Part shown: one piece after another, positions 10,996 to 20,236 of the stretch
How positions within the stretch are numbered: the first letter of the stretch is position 1
How the letters are laid out: the number at the start of each line of letters is the position of its first letter
From: Trichlorobacter lovleyi SZ
GTDB lineage: Bacteria; Desulfobacterota; Desulfuromonadia; Geobacterales; Pseudopelobacteraceae
Length of the DNA stretch: 32,000 bases
Reading direction: 5' to 3'
NCBI RefSeq assembly: GCF_000020385.1
Contig: NC_010814.1
Coordinates: 2,910,001-2,942,000 of the forward strand
Notes under the pieces: generated by a model
What the model saw: only the letters and a program-made list of their open reading frames with translations
Told to the model about the DNA's origin: nothing
Databases searched by the model: none
Made by a program: the position numbers and the translations under genes

Positions 10996-12132
10996 ATGCC
11001 TCCTGTACCAACCACACGGAATACGACACCGCTTGTCCTGATCGTTGACGATAGCAGGGCGGTGCGGGTCTTTGTCCGGGAGCTGCTGGAACAGGCCGGT
11101 TATGCTGTTATCGAAGCCAATGATGGGATTGCCGGACTGGAAGTGCTTGCCACAAGGAAGCCGGATGTTGTTTTGCTGGACATTGAAATGCCCCACAAAA
11201 CAGGGCTTGAAGTGCTTGATGAGCTGGATGCCAGCAGCAGGTTGTATTCCGTGATCCTGTTTACCACCCTGTCCAGCCTTGATTCGATTGTGAACGGACT
11301 GGAACGCGGGGCGGACGACTACATCGTCAAGCCTTTCAAGGAGGCCGAGTTTCTGGCCCGGATGACCGCGGCAGTACGGATCGCCCATAACAAGCGGTTG
11401 CTGTTTGAGGCCCGGCTGAAGGCAGAGCAGACCAACAAACAGCTGCGCCAGTTGCAGAGCATCCTGTCGGATCAAAAACTGACCGAACAGAAGATCAGGG
11501 AGATCTCCGAGGCACAGAATGCCACCATCTTTGCCATGGCAAAGCTGGCCGAGTTCCGGGATGAGGATACCGGCGGGCATCTGGAGCGGGTCAAGGAGTA
11601 TTGCCGGCTGCTTGCCGAGGATCTCAACCGCCACTCACCCTATTCTGATCTGATAACCGCGGAGTTCATCGATTGTATCCAGCATGCGGCCCCGCTCCAC
11701 GACATCGGAAAGGTGGCCATTCCCGATCATATCCTGCAGAAGCCCGAAAAGCTGACCCCCGAAGAATTTGACCGGATGAAGACCCACACCGTTATCGGTG
11801 CCGATAACCTGCAGCTGGTCTACAACAACTACCCCGGCAATCTGTTTGTGGGGATGGGGATTGAGATCGCGCTCTACCACCATGAACAGTGGGATGGATC
11901 AGGCTACCCGGATGGCCTGGTGGGCAAGAACATACCGTTGCCGGCCCGGATCATGGCCCTGGCGGATGTGTATGACGCGTTGCGCTCGGACAGGTGTTAC
12001 CGCAAGGCCATGAGCCATGAGCAGGCCAGAACCATCATCCTTGAAGGTGACGGCAGGCATTTTGATCCTGAAGTGGTGATGGCCTTTTTACGTGTTGAGA
12101 CTATTTTTGCCAAGACCGCCGAGGAGATCTAG
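10996..12132 (+). CDS. Response regulator with receiver domain and HD-GYP domain (RpfG-type cyclic-di-GMP phosphodiesterase family)
   Basis: 378 aa. The receiver domain reads LVLIVDDSRAVR...VVLLDIEMPHKTGLEV...KPF. After a coiled-coil linker come HDIGKVAIPD and HHEQWDGSGYPDGL, the HD and GYP motifs. Confidence 0.9.
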   Translation: MPPVPTTRNTTPLVLIVDDSRAVRVFVRELLEQAGYAVIEANDGIAGLEVLATRKPDVVLLDIEMPHKTGLEVLDELDASSRLYSVILFTTLSSLDSIVNGLERGADDYIVKPFKEAEFLARMTAAVRIAHNKRLLFEARLKAEQTNKQLRQLQSILSDQKLTEQKIREISEAQNATIFAMAKLAEFRDEDTGGHLERVKEYCRLLAEDLNRHSPYSDLITAEFIDCIQHAAPLHDIGKVAIPDHILQKPEKLTPEEFDRMKTHTVIGADNLQLVYNNYPGNLFVGMGIEIALYHHEQWDGSGYPDGLVGKNIPLPARIMALADVYDALRSDRCYRKAMSHEQARTIILEGDGRHFDPEVVMAFLRVETIFAKTAEEI

Positions 12133-12315
12133 GGCGGTTTCATAAAATACAATCGCAACGCCCCGCCGCTGCCAAGCCAGCCTCAGCCGCATATGACCGC
12201 TTCAGTGCATCCCTGGAACCCGACACAACATACTGAGTCAAATTACCGACATTGACACCATATCTTGCTATAAGGCATACTTCTTCCCTCACTGCTACGT
12301 AGGGAGGCAGCCCCC

Positions 12316-15300
12316 ATGGAAATGCCTGAAAATAGTCCTGTTACCCCCTTTGTTCACCTGCACCTGCATTCCCAATACTCGCTTTTGGACGGCGCGATCA
12401 GGATTGAAGACCTGGTTAGCAAGGCCAAACAGTACCAGATGCCTGCCCTGGCCATCACCGACCACGGCAACATGTTCGGTGCGGTGGAATTTTATCTGAA
12501 GTGCAAGAAGGCCGGGATCAAACCGATCATCGGCTGTGAGCTGTATATCGCCCCTGATTCCCGCTTTTCAAAGGATTCCAAGGGGATTTCCGATGCCGCC
12601 TATCACCTGATCCTGCTCTGCCAGAACCTTGAAGGCTACAAGAACCTCTCCTACCTGACCTCTGCCGGCTACAAGGAAGGGTTCTACTACCGCCCCCGGG
12701 TTGACCGCGCCCTGCTTGAACAGCACAGTGAAGGCCTGATCGCCCTGTCTGCCTGCCTGAAGGGCGAGGTTGCCATGCAGTGCGGTCGGGGCAAAATGGA
12801 AGATGCGCTGGAGACCGCCCGCTGGTACAGCCAGCTCTTCCCGGACCGCTATTACATCGAGATTCAGGAAAACACCCTGCCGGAACAGGACGTGGTCAAC
12901 CAGCGCCTGCTGGAGGTGGCCAGAGAGCTGAACCTGCCGCTGGTGGCCACCAACGACTGCCACTACCTGAACCGCGAAGATGCCAAGGCCCATGAGGTGC
13001 TGCTCTGCATCCAGACCGGCAAGACCATGTCCGACCCGACCCATATGAGGTTCTCGGCCGACGAGTTCTACGTCAAGACCCCGGAGGAGATGGCGGCGGC
13101 CTTTCACTATGCCCCGGAGGCGATTGCCAACACCGTGGCGATTGCCGAGCGCTGCAACCTGGAACTGCCGTTGGAGAAGGAGTACTACTTCCCGCACTTT
13201 GAGCCGCCGGAAGGCAAGACCCACGACGACATGCTGGAGGAGCAGGCCGTTTCCGGCCTTGAAGAGCGCCTGATCACCATCCGCGCCAAATACCCGGACA
13301 TGACCGGGGAACAGGTCCAGGCCTACCATGACCGGCTGCGGACCGAGCTGGACTGTATCCGCCAGATGAAGTTCCCGGCCTACTTCCTGATCGTGGCTGA
13401 CTTCATCAACTGGGCCAAGCGACAGGGAATTCCGGTGGGACCGGGACGGGGTTCGGCTGCCGGTTCGCTGGTGGCCTATGCCATCAAGATTACCGACCTT
13501 GACCCGCTGCCCTACAACCTGCTGTTTGAGCGTTTCCTGAACCCGGAACGGATCTCCATGCCTGATATCGACGTGGACTTCTGCCAGGACCAGCGGGAAA
13601 AGGTGATCGAGTACGTGGTGCAGAAGTACGGCCGTGAGCGGGTCTGCCAGATCATCACCTTTGGGACCATGAAGGCCAAGGCGGTGGTGCGGGATGTGGG
13701 GCGCGCCCTGGATATGGCCTATGGCGATGTGGACAAGATCGCCAAGCTGATCCCTGACGACCTGAAGATGACCATTGAAAAGGCGATCAAGCAGGAACCG
13801 CAGTTAAAGGAGATGGCTGCCGCCGACCCCAAGGTGGCCCAGCTGCTGGAGACCGCCAACTGCCTGGAAGGGCTGGCCCGCCACGCCGGTACCCATGCCG
13901 CCGGGGTGGTGGTGGCACCGAACCAGCTGGAAGAGTACCTGCCGGTCTACAAGGATCAGAAGACCGGCGGCATCAACACCCAGTATTCCATGAAGTATGT
14001 CGAGATGGTGGGGCTGGTCAAGTTCGACTTCCTGGGCTTAAAGAACCTGACCGTGATCCAGAACGCGGTACGGATGATCCGGGAAGGCCAGAACCCTGAC
14101 TTCGACATCACCCGCCTGCGGGATGATGACCAGGCCAGCTACGACCTGATCACGGCCGGCAACACCACCGGCATCTTCCAGCTTGAATCCAGCGGCATGA
14201 AGGAGATGCTGGTCAAGCTGAAGCCCTCCTGTTTTGAAGACGTGATCGCAGCCTGCGCCCTCTACCGTCCCGGCCCCTTAGGCTGCGGCATGGTGGACGA
14301 ATTTATCGAGCGCAAGCACGGCCGCCAGAAGGTGGTCTACGACCTGCCCCAGCTGGAGCCGATCCTGAAGGACACCTACGGGGTCATCGTCTATCAGGAG
14401 CAGGTCATGCAGATCTCTCGTTCCCTGGCCGGGTACTCTCTGGGACGGGCTGACCTGCTGCGCCGCGCCATGGGTAAGAAAGACCCGGCGGTTATGGCCA
14501 AGGAAAAGGAACCGTTCCTGGAAGGGGCCAAGGCCCAGGGGCTGGACATCAAGAAGGCCGAGGCGATCTTTGACCAGATGGCCAAGTTTGCCGAGTACGG
14601 CTTCAACAAATCCCATTCGGCCGCCTATGCCCTGATCGCCTACCAGACCGCCTATCTCAAGGCCCACTACCCGGTCGAGTTCATGGCTGCCCTGCTCTCC
14701 TGCGACATGGATAGCACCGACAAGGTGCTGAAGAGCATCAGCGACTGCCGTGAACAGGGGATCGAGGTGCTGCCGCCGGATATCAACACCTCGGGCCAGT
14801 CCTTTACCGTGTCGGGCAAGTCGATGCGCTTCGGTCTGGGTGCGGTCAAGGGGGTTGGCGGCGGAGCCGTGGAATCGATCATCGAGGCCCGCGCCGACGG
14901 CCCCTTTACCGATATCTACGATTTCTGCGAACGGGTGGACCTGCGCCGGGTCAACAAGCGGGTCATGGAGGCGCTGGTCAAGTGCGGCGCCTTTGATTCC
15001 CTCCACAAGCATCGCGCCCCGCTGATGGCGGCCCTGGATGATGCCACCACGGCAGGCCAGCGTTTTCAGGAGGAACGGGACAGCGCCCAGGTCTCCCTGT
15101 TCGGCGATATGCCCACCGCCACTGCTACCCGTTCCGGCCGCAAGCTGCCGGATATCGAAGAATGGCATGACAAGGAAAAGCTGGGCTATGAAAAAGAGGC
15201 GCTGGGCTTCCTGATCACCGGCCATCCGCTGGACCGCTATGCCTCCGACATCAAACGGCTGGCCAGTGCCGAAATCGCCCGGCTGCCGGAGTTCCCGGAC

Positions 15301-15855
15301 AACTGCGAGGTACGGGTCTGCGGGATCGTGACCTCCCTGAAGGAGATCATCACCAAGAAGGGTGACCGGATGGGCTTTGTCACCATCGAAGACCTGACCG
15401 GCCAGATCGAGATCACGGTCTTTTCCGACATGTACGTACCGGCTGCCGCCCTCTTGAAATCCGATGACCCGCTGCTGTTCACCGGCAAGCTGGAAAAGGG
15501 TGAAAAGGGCTGCAAGCTGCTGGTGATGAAGCCCCAGGAAGGCAATGGCCGCAAGTTCCCCAACCAGGTCAGCGTCAACGGCGATATCAAGCTGCTGTCC
15601 GAGGCCCAGGAACAGCAGACCACCCGCGTCAGCCTGGCACTGCGCCTGCTGGAACTGACAGCGGAGCAGCTGACACCGATCAGGGAACTGCTGGAAAAGC
15701 ACCCCGGCAACCTGCCGGTGTTGCTGAAGCTTGAAATCCCCAACCGCAGCCGGACCACCATCAAACTGCCGGATCACCTGAAAGTGGCGGCCAGCGATGA
15801 ATTTAGGGTAGCGGTAGAACGCTGTGTCGGGTATAATGCCGCGATCTTTGAATGA
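12316..15855 (+). CDS. dnaE: DNA polymerase III alpha subunit
   Basis: 1179 aa. The PHP domain is [16 protein letters not shown]...[13 protein letters not shown], the polymerase core contains MPDIDVDF and [10 protein letters not shown], and there is a C-terminal OB-fold region. Confidence 0.98.
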   Translation: MEMPENSPVTPFVHLHLHSQYSLLDGAIRIEDLVSKAKQYQMPALAITDHGNMFGAVEFYLKCKKAGIKPIIGCELYIAPDSRFSKDSKGISDAAYHLILLCQNLEGYKNLSYLTSAGYKEGFYYRPRVDRALLEQHSEGLIALSACLKGEVAMQCGRGKMEDALETARWYSQLFPDRYYIEIQENTLPEQDVVNQRLLEVARELNLPLVATNDCHYLNREDAKAHEVLLCIQTGKTMSDPTHMRFSADEFYVKTPEEMAAAFHYAPEAIANTVAIAERCNLELPLEKEYYFPHFEPPEGKTHDDMLEEQAVSGLEERLITIRAKYPDMTGEQVQAYHDRLRTELDCIRQMKFPAYFLIVADFINWAKRQGIPVGPGRGSAAGSLVAYAIKITDLDPLPYNLLFERFLNPERISMPDIDVDFCQDQREKVIEYVVQKYGRERVCQIITFGTMKAKAVVRDVGRALDMAYGDVDKIAKLIPDDLKMTIEKAIKQEPQLKEMAAADPKVAQLLETANCLEGLARHAGTHAAGVVVAPNQLEEYLPVYKDQKTGGINTQYSMKYVEMVGLVKFDFLGLKNLTVIQNAVRMIREGQNPDFDITRLRDDDQASYDLITAGNTTGIFQLESSGMKEMLVKLKPSCFEDVIAACALYRPGPLGCGMVDEFIERKHGRQKVVYDLPQLEPILKDTYGVIVYQEQVMQISRSLAGYSLGRADLLRRAMGKKDPAVMAKEKEPFLEGAKAQGLDIKKAEAIFDQMAKFAEYGFNKSHSAAYALIAYQTAYLKAHYPVEFMAALLSCDMDSTDKVLKSISDCREQGIEVLPPDINTSGQSFTVSGKSMRFGLGAVKGVGGGAVESIIEARADGPFTDIYDFCERVDLRRVNKRVMEALVKCGAFDSLHKHRAPLMAALDDATTAGQRFQEERDSAQVSLFGDMPTATATRSGRKLPDIEEWHDKEKLGYEKEALGFLITGHPLDRYASDIKRLASAEIARLPEFPDNCEVRVCGIVTSLKEIITKKGDRMGFVTIEDLTGQIEITVFSDMYVPAAALLKSDDPLLFTGKLEKGEKGCKLLVMKPQEGNGRKFPNQVSVNGDIKLLSEAQEQQTTRVSLALRLLELTAEQLTPIRELLEKHPGNLPVLLKLEIPNRSRTTIKLPDHLKVAASDEFRVAVERCVGYNAAIFE

Positions 15856-15856
15856 A

Positions 15857-15977
15857 TGGTCTTTTTCCGTTCTGACCGTGTCAAGCGACGGCCTTACTTG
15901 TGCGACGTACCAGGCAGTACGTCTCCGCGCGACGCCTCGCACACCCCAGCCATAACGAAAAACTGCTCATTCTCTTT
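15857..15977 (+). repeat. Intergenic repeat element, copy A (candidate structured RNA)
   Basis: It starts 2 nt after the dnaE stop. It shares TGGTCTTTTTCCG, CTTGTGCGRCGTAC...GTACGYCTCCGCGC and ACGAAAAA blocks with copy B (28785-28904), at the same offsets (0, 40 and 98 nt). Confidence 0.65.
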
Positions 15978-16007
15978 GTATTACCAATTTATTTGCGAGG
16001 TCACCTG

Positions 16008-16958
16008 ATGGCAGCTACTGTCTACATGGAGTTTGAAAAGCCGATTGCCGAACTGGAGAAGAAGATCGAGGAACTGCGTGCCCTGGGCGCAGGTGAGATG
16101 TCTGCCGAGATCGATGCGCTCCAGAGCTGCGTTGATACAAAGCGCCAGGAGATCTTCAACAACCTCTCCCGCTGGCAGAAGGCCCAGGTGGCACGTCACA
16201 TCAACCGCCCCTTTACCCTGGATTATATCAAGTACCTCTTTACCGATTTCAATGAGCTGCACGGCGACCGCAACTTCGGCGATGACCATGCCATCGTGGG
16301 TGGTCTGGCCCGCTTTGACGGTCAGCCGGTGATGGTGGTGGGACACCAGAAGGGACGCGATACCAAGGAGAAGGTCTTCCGTAACTTCGGCATGCCCAAC
16401 CCGGAGGGCTACCGCAAGGCGCTGCGCCTGTTCCAGATGGCCGAACAGTTCAACCTGCCGATCATCACCTTTGTGGACACCCCCGGCGCCTATCCCGGCA
16501 TTGGAGCTGAAGAACGGGGCCAGGCCGAGGCGATCGCCCGCAACCTGCGCGAGATGGCCAGTCTGACCGTGCCGATCATTGTCTGCATTACCGGCGAAGG
16601 CGGCTCCGGCGGAGCCCTGGCCATTGCCGTGGGCAACCGGGTCCTGATGCTGGAGCATTCCGTCTATGCGGTTATCTCGCCGGAAGGCTGTGCTGCCATC
16701 CTCTGGTCCGACGGCACCAAGGGCCAGCAGGCTGCTGAGGCACTCAAACCCGCAGCCCAGGATATCATTGAACTGGGCGTGATTGACGAGATCGTCCATG
16801 AGCCGGTCGGCGGCGCCCACCGTGACCACGAGGCCACTGCCCAGGCCATGGGATCGGCCATCCGCCAGCATCTTGCAGAACTGAAAGAGATGACGCCGGA
16901 GCAACTGGTTGAGGACCGCTACCAGAAGTTCCGCGCCATGACCCGCATGGCCGAGTAA
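16008..16958 (+). CDS. accA: Acetyl-CoA carboxylase carboxyltransferase alpha subunit
   Basis: Internal ATG 16008 lies 8 nt after GAGG and gives [24 protein letters not shown], which parallels E. coli Acc[36 protein letters not shown] is present. dnaE-accA adjacency also occurs in E. coli. Confidence 0.95.
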   Translation: MAATVYMEFEKPIAELEKKIEELRALGAGEMSAEIDALQSCVDTKRQEIFNNLSRWQKAQVARHINRPFTLDYIKYLFTDFNELHGDRNFGDDHAIVGGLARFDGQPVMVVGHQKGRDTKEKVFRNFGMPNPEGYRKALRLFQMAEQFNLPIITFVDTPGAYPGIGAEERGQAEAIARNLREMASLTVPIIVCITGEGGSGGALAIAVGNRVLMLEHSVYAVISPEGCAAILWSDGTKGQQAAEALKPAAQDIIELGVIDEIVHEPVGGAHRDHEATAQAMGSAIRQHLAELKEMTPEQLVEDRYQKFRAMTRMAE

Positions 16959-16989
16959 TTCCCAGTGCAACTCAAGGCGATACTTTTGC

Positions 16990-17021
16990 AGGGGCGTTGA
17001 AGAAACGCCCCTTTCGCGTTT
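16990..17021 (+). terminator. Rho-independent terminator after accA
   Basis: AGGGGCGTT (16990-16998), loop GAAGA, AACGCCCCT (17004-17012), then TTCGCGTTT. Confidence 0.7.
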
Positions 17022-17030
17022 ACTGAAACT

Positions 17031-17420
17031 ATGCACATGAACAACCGGTTACTCAGATGGCTGCTGATCATTATTGGCCTTGTCTCCACGGGACTGGGAA
17101 TCATCGGTATCTTTGTGCCGTTGCTGCCAACCACTCCTTTCCTGCTGCTGGCAGCAGCCTGTTTTGCCCGCAGTTCCGAGCGGTTTCATAGCTGGCTGGT
17201 GAACCACAACCATCTGGGCCCGATGATCAGAGGCTATCTGGATGGCTCAGGCATACCGCTCAGGGCCAAGTACACCGCCATCACCCTGGTCTGGCTGACC
17301 CTGCCCCCCTCAGCCCTGCTGCTGGTTCCGCCGGTCTGGGCCAAGCTGTTGCTGATCCTGTTGGCCATCAGCATCACCTGGTATCTGCTGCGCCTGCCAA
17401 CGCTCCAGGAGGAGCCATGA
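17031..17420 (+). CDS. YbaN-family (DUF454) inner-membrane protein
   Basis: 129 aa. The motif GIIGIFVPLLPTTPFLLLAAACFARSSERFHSWL is characteristic of DUF454/YbaN. ATG 17037 is an alternative start. Confidence 0.8.
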   Translation: MHMNNRLLRWLLIIIGLVSTGLGIIGIFVPLLPTTPFLLLAAACFARSSERFHSWLVNHNHLGPMIRGYLDGSGIPLRAKYTAITLVWLTLPPSALLLVPPVWAKLLLILLAISITWYLLRLPTLQEEP

Positions 17421-17629
17421 ACAAAAAGCTGCTTAAATTCCTGATTCTGATCGGTGGCGGAGCACTTGCCGGAGGGATCTTCGGCTGGATGTCCCGTTGC
17501 GCCGGAGGCGGCAGCTGAGCCATGCTGAGCAACCCCTGGTCAGGGGCTTTGTATGGAGCAGCAGCAGGCTTATTTCTTGCCCTGGTACCGGGCGAAACCG
17601 ACACGAAGAAACCTGAGGACACGCCATGA
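17417..17629 (+). CDS. Candidate small two-helix membrane selenoprotein (in-frame TGA at 17516-17518 read as Sec)
   Basis: ORFs 17417-17518 and 17522-17629 are in the same frame, separated by TGA GCC. The joined 70-aa product has Cys-x5-Sec between two hydrophobic helices, and a SECIS-like hairpin follows the TGA. ATGA overlaps occur at both ends, with ybaN and with rluB. Confidence 0.55.
17527..17549 (+). promoter_or_regulatory. Candidate bacterial SECIS hairpin
   Basis: The lower stem pairs G27-U49, A28-U48 and G29-C47, with bulge CAA (17530-17532). The upper stem is CCCCU (17533-17537) paired with AGGGG (17542-17546). The apical loop GGUC (17538-17541) starts 19 nt after the UGA. Confidence 0.5.
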
Positions 17630-18450
17630 TTGAGCGTCTGCAAAAAATCATATCCGCTGCCGGGATCACCTCCCGCCGCGCTGCTGAAGAGATGATCCTG
17701 GCCGGACGGGTTACGGTCAACGGTCAGGTGGTAACCGAGCTGGGCAGCAAGGCAGACCCGGCCAAAGACCTGATCGCCCTGGACGGGCAGCCGGTCAAAC
17801 CGGCTGAAACGTTCTATTACGTGCTGCTGCACAAGCCGGCCGGCTATGTCACCTCGCTGAAAGACCCCCAGGGGAGACAGCTGGTAACCGAGCTGGTCAA
17901 GGATGTAGGCGAACGGCTCTTTCCGGTGGGACGGCTGGACTACAACTCTGAAGGGCTGCTGTTGCTGACCAATGACGGCGCCTGGGCCAACCGGCTGATG
18001 CATCCCCGTCACCAGGTGGACAAGGAATACCATGTGCGGGTACGGGGTAAGATTGATCCACAGCAGATCAAGAAGTTGGCTGATGGGGTGGAGCTGGAGG
18101 ATGGCCCCACCGGCGCCACGACGGTACGCCTGCTGAAAAACGACCAGAGCAATGACTGGCTCTCTGTTACCATCCGTGAAGGCCGCAACCGTCAGGTACG
18201 GCGGATGTGCGCGGCAGTGGGGCTGTTTGTGGTACGGCTGCGCCGTATCCGCTACGGCAACCTGACCCTGGGCGGCCTGCAGCCGGGTGAATACCGTCTC
18301 TTGAGCAGGGAAGAGGCGCAGGCGCTGGATGCCCCGCCACCGGTCAAACAACGGGAACAGCGAATGGCAGCCCCTGTAAAATCATCTACGACACCTCAGT
18401 CACAAACGCCGGGCAAGCGGCCACCTCGCAGAAAAATCATCGGGCAGTAG
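17626..18450 (+). CDS. rluB: RsuA/RluB-family rRNA pseudouridine synthase with S4 domain and basic C-terminal tail
   Basis: 274 aa. The S4 domain is ERLQKIISAAGITSRRAAEEMILAGRVTVNG, the catalytic motif is GRLDYNSEGLLLLTNDG, and REGRNRQVRRM is present. Confidence 0.85.
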   Translation: MIERLQKIISAAGITSRRAAEEMILAGRVTVNGQVVTELGSKADPAKDLIALDGQPVKPAETFYYVLLHKPAGYVTSLKDPQGRQLVTELVKDVGERLFPVGRLDYNSEGLLLLTNDGAWANRLMHPRHQVDKEYHVRVRGKIDPQQIKKLADGVELEDGPTGATTVRLLKNDQSNDWLSVTIREGRNRQVRRMCAAVGLFVVRLRRIRYGNLTLGGLQPGEYRLLSREEAQALDAPPPVKQREQRMAAPVKSSTTPQSQTPGKRPPRRKIIGQ

Positions 18451-18462
18451 GCGGAGTTTCCC

Positions 18463-19854
18463 ATGACCAAGCGCACATTGATCGCAGACCTTCTGAAGCG
18501 ACCTGAAGCAGGCGGTACCCATACTGTAGCCGGCTGGGTACGCTCAACACGGGCCTCCGGTGATGTTGCCTTCATCGTCCTGAATGACGGTTCCAACCTG
18601 TCCGGCATCCAACTGGTGCTGGAGCGGGCTACCGTTCCTGACTTTGACAACCTGAGCAAGACCGGCACCGGAACCGCCCTGCAGGCAACCGGAGAACTGG
18701 TCACCTCACCGGCTGCCGGACAGCAGTTTGAGCTGCGTGTAACTGCGTTGACGGTGGTAGGCAACGCCGACCCTGACTATCCACTGCAGAAGAAACGGCA
18801 CAGTTTTGAATACCTGCGCAGCATCGCCCATCTGCGGCCCCGTTCCAACACCTTTGGCGCCGTATTCCGGCTGCGCTCAAAGCTGGCCCAGGCGATCCAC
18901 CAGTTCTTCAGCGAGCGCAACTTCCTCTATGTCCACACCCCGATCATCACCGCCAGCGACTGCGAAGGGGCCGGTGAACTGTTCCGGGTCACCACCCTGC
19001 CCCCCAACGGCGCCCCCCGCAATGAAGGGGGCAGCATTGACTTTGGCCAGGACTTCTTTGGCCAGAAGACCGGACTGACTGTCAGCGGCCAGCTGGAAGG
19101 CGAACTGTTTGCCCAGGCCTTTGGCAACATCTACACCTTCGGTCCCACCTTCCGGGCTGAAAACTCCAATACCGCCCGCCACGCCTCGGAATTCTGGATG
19201 ATCGAGCCGGAAATGGCCTTTTCTGATCTGGCCGATGATGCGGATCTGGCGGAGGAGTTTGTCCGTTACCTTTGCAGCTTTGCCCTGAGAGAATGCGCTG
19301 AGGATATGGCCTTCTTTGACCAGCATATTGAAAAAGGGCTGATCCAGCGGGTGCGGGCCGTTGCCGAAGCAAACTTTGCCCGGATGGACTATGGCGATGC
19401 CATCACCCACCTGCAGAAGGCTCCGGTCAGCTTTAACTTTCCCGTCGAATGGGGGCTTGATCTGCAGACCGAGCATGAACGCTACCTGACCGAACAGGTA
19501 GTGGGCGGGCCGGTCTTTGTGCTGAACTATCCAAAGGATATCAAGGCGTTTTACATGCGTCAGAACAACGATGGCCGCACCGTGGCAGCCATGGACCTGC
19601 TGGTGCCCAAGGTGGGTGAAATCATCGGCGGCAGCCAGCGGGAAGAGCGCCTGGATCTTTTAGAACAGCGGATCGATGAACTGGAGATCCCAAAGGAGCC
19701 GCTCTGGTGGTACCTGGATTCCCGCCGCTGGGGCAGCACCCCCCATGCCGGTTTCGGCCTGGGCTTTGAGCGGCTGATCATGTACCTCTCCGGCATGGAG
19801 AATATCCGTGACGTGATTCCATTCCCACGGACGCCACGACATGCGGAGTTCTAG
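18463..19854 (+). CDS. asnS: Asparagine--tRNA ligase
   Basis: 463 aa class II aa[26 protein letters not shown] and GSQREERLD...GFGLGFERL are AsnRS signatures. Confidence 0.93.
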   Translation: MTKRTLIADLLKRPEAGGTHTVAGWVRSTRASGDVAFIVLNDGSNLSGIQLVLERATVPDFDNLSKTGTGTALQATGELVTSPAAGQQFELRVTALTVVGNADPDYPLQKKRHSFEYLRSIAHLRPRSNTFGAVFRLRSKLAQAIHQFFSERNFLYVHTPIITASDCEGAGELFRVTTLPPNGAPRNEGGSIDFGQDFFGQKTGLTVSGQLEGELFAQAFGNIYTFGPTFRAENSNTARHASEFWMIEPEMAFSDLADDADLAEEFVRYLCSFALRECAEDMAFFDQHIEKGLIQRVRAVAEANFARMDYGDAITHLQKAPVSFNFPVEWGLDLQTEHERYLTEQVVGGPVFVLNYPKDIKAFYMRQNNDGRTVAAMDLLVPKVGEIIGGSQREERLDLLEQRIDELEIPKEPLWWYLDSRRWGSTPHAGFGLGFERLIMYLSGMENIRDVIPFPRTPRHAEF

Positions 19855-19857
19855 GCA

Positions 19858-20139
19858 GTGTTTATCTTCTGCTCCGAAATCCACCTCTCACTGCCAGCCT
19901 TCTCACTAAAAGAGAAACGGGGTATCGTCAAGAGTATCCTGGGCCGGGCCCGCAACCGCTTCAATGTCTCCTGCGCCGAAGTGGACCGCCAGGACAACTG
20001 CCAGGTGGCGGTGCTCGGCTTTGTCACGGTCAGCCCGGACAAGACCATCGCCCGCAACACCCTGGACCGCCTGGAGGACTGGATCTATGACGGCTGGCCG
20101 GATGTAGAAATCACCGCCAGTCATGTCACAGAACTATAA
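19858..20139 (+). CDS. DUF503 (YlxP-like) protein
   Basis: 93 aa, starting at GTG 3 nt after the asnS stop. The pattern IHLSLPAFSLKEKRGIVKSILGRARNRFNVSCAEVDRQD is typical of DUF503. Confidence 0.8.
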   Translation: MFIFCSEIHLSLPAFSLKEKRGIVKSILGRARNRFNVSCAEVDRQDNCQVAVLGFVTVSPDKTIARNTLDRLEDWIYDGWPDVEITASHVTEL

Positions 20140-20140
20140 A

Positions 20141-20170
20141 TTGACAGTATTCATACCCACCGCGTATAAT
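20141..20170 (+). promoter_or_regulatory. Near-consensus sigma-70 promoter
   Basis: TTGACA (20141-20146), an 18-nt spacer, then TATAAT (20165-20170), 66 nt upstream of the 7TM-HD gene start. Confidence 0.6.
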
Positions 20171-20236
20171 TCCTCCTTCACCATGCACACAACTCTCTCC
20201 ACATATTTTTCCCTACGCACCGCCTGACGGTACGCC

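Noticed and set aside
10732-11634. 300-aa - strand ORF opposite the response regulator
   Set aside because: It is antisense to a gene with clear receiver and HD-GYP motifs, and it has no SD or recognisable domain.
12133-12315. Possible LexA box or strong promoter upstream of dnaE
   Set aside because: GGTTTC... does not fit the GGTT-N2-C-N4-G-N3-ACC pattern I recall for Geobacter LexA. The TTGACA at ~12253 has no acceptable -10 at 16-18 nt spacing.
15897-15930. GTGCG in the repeat element read as a group II intron 5' end, or TGGTCTTTTTCC read as a sigma-54 -24/-12 promoter
   Set aside because: The element is only ~120 nt, with no intron domains and no IEP gene. The GG-N10-GC spacing required for sigma-54 is not met in either copy.
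14278-15942. 554-aa - strand ORF opposite the 3' part of dnaE
   Set aside because: It is a shadow frame. Its start lies inside the intergenic repeat element, and dnaE on the + strand is certain.
15981-17036. 351-aa - strand ORF opposite accA
   Set aside because: It is a shadow frame of accA.
17374-18351. 325-aa - strand ORF opposite rluB
   Set aside because: It is a shadow frame. The + strand has the S4 domain and the pseudouridine synthase catalytic motif.
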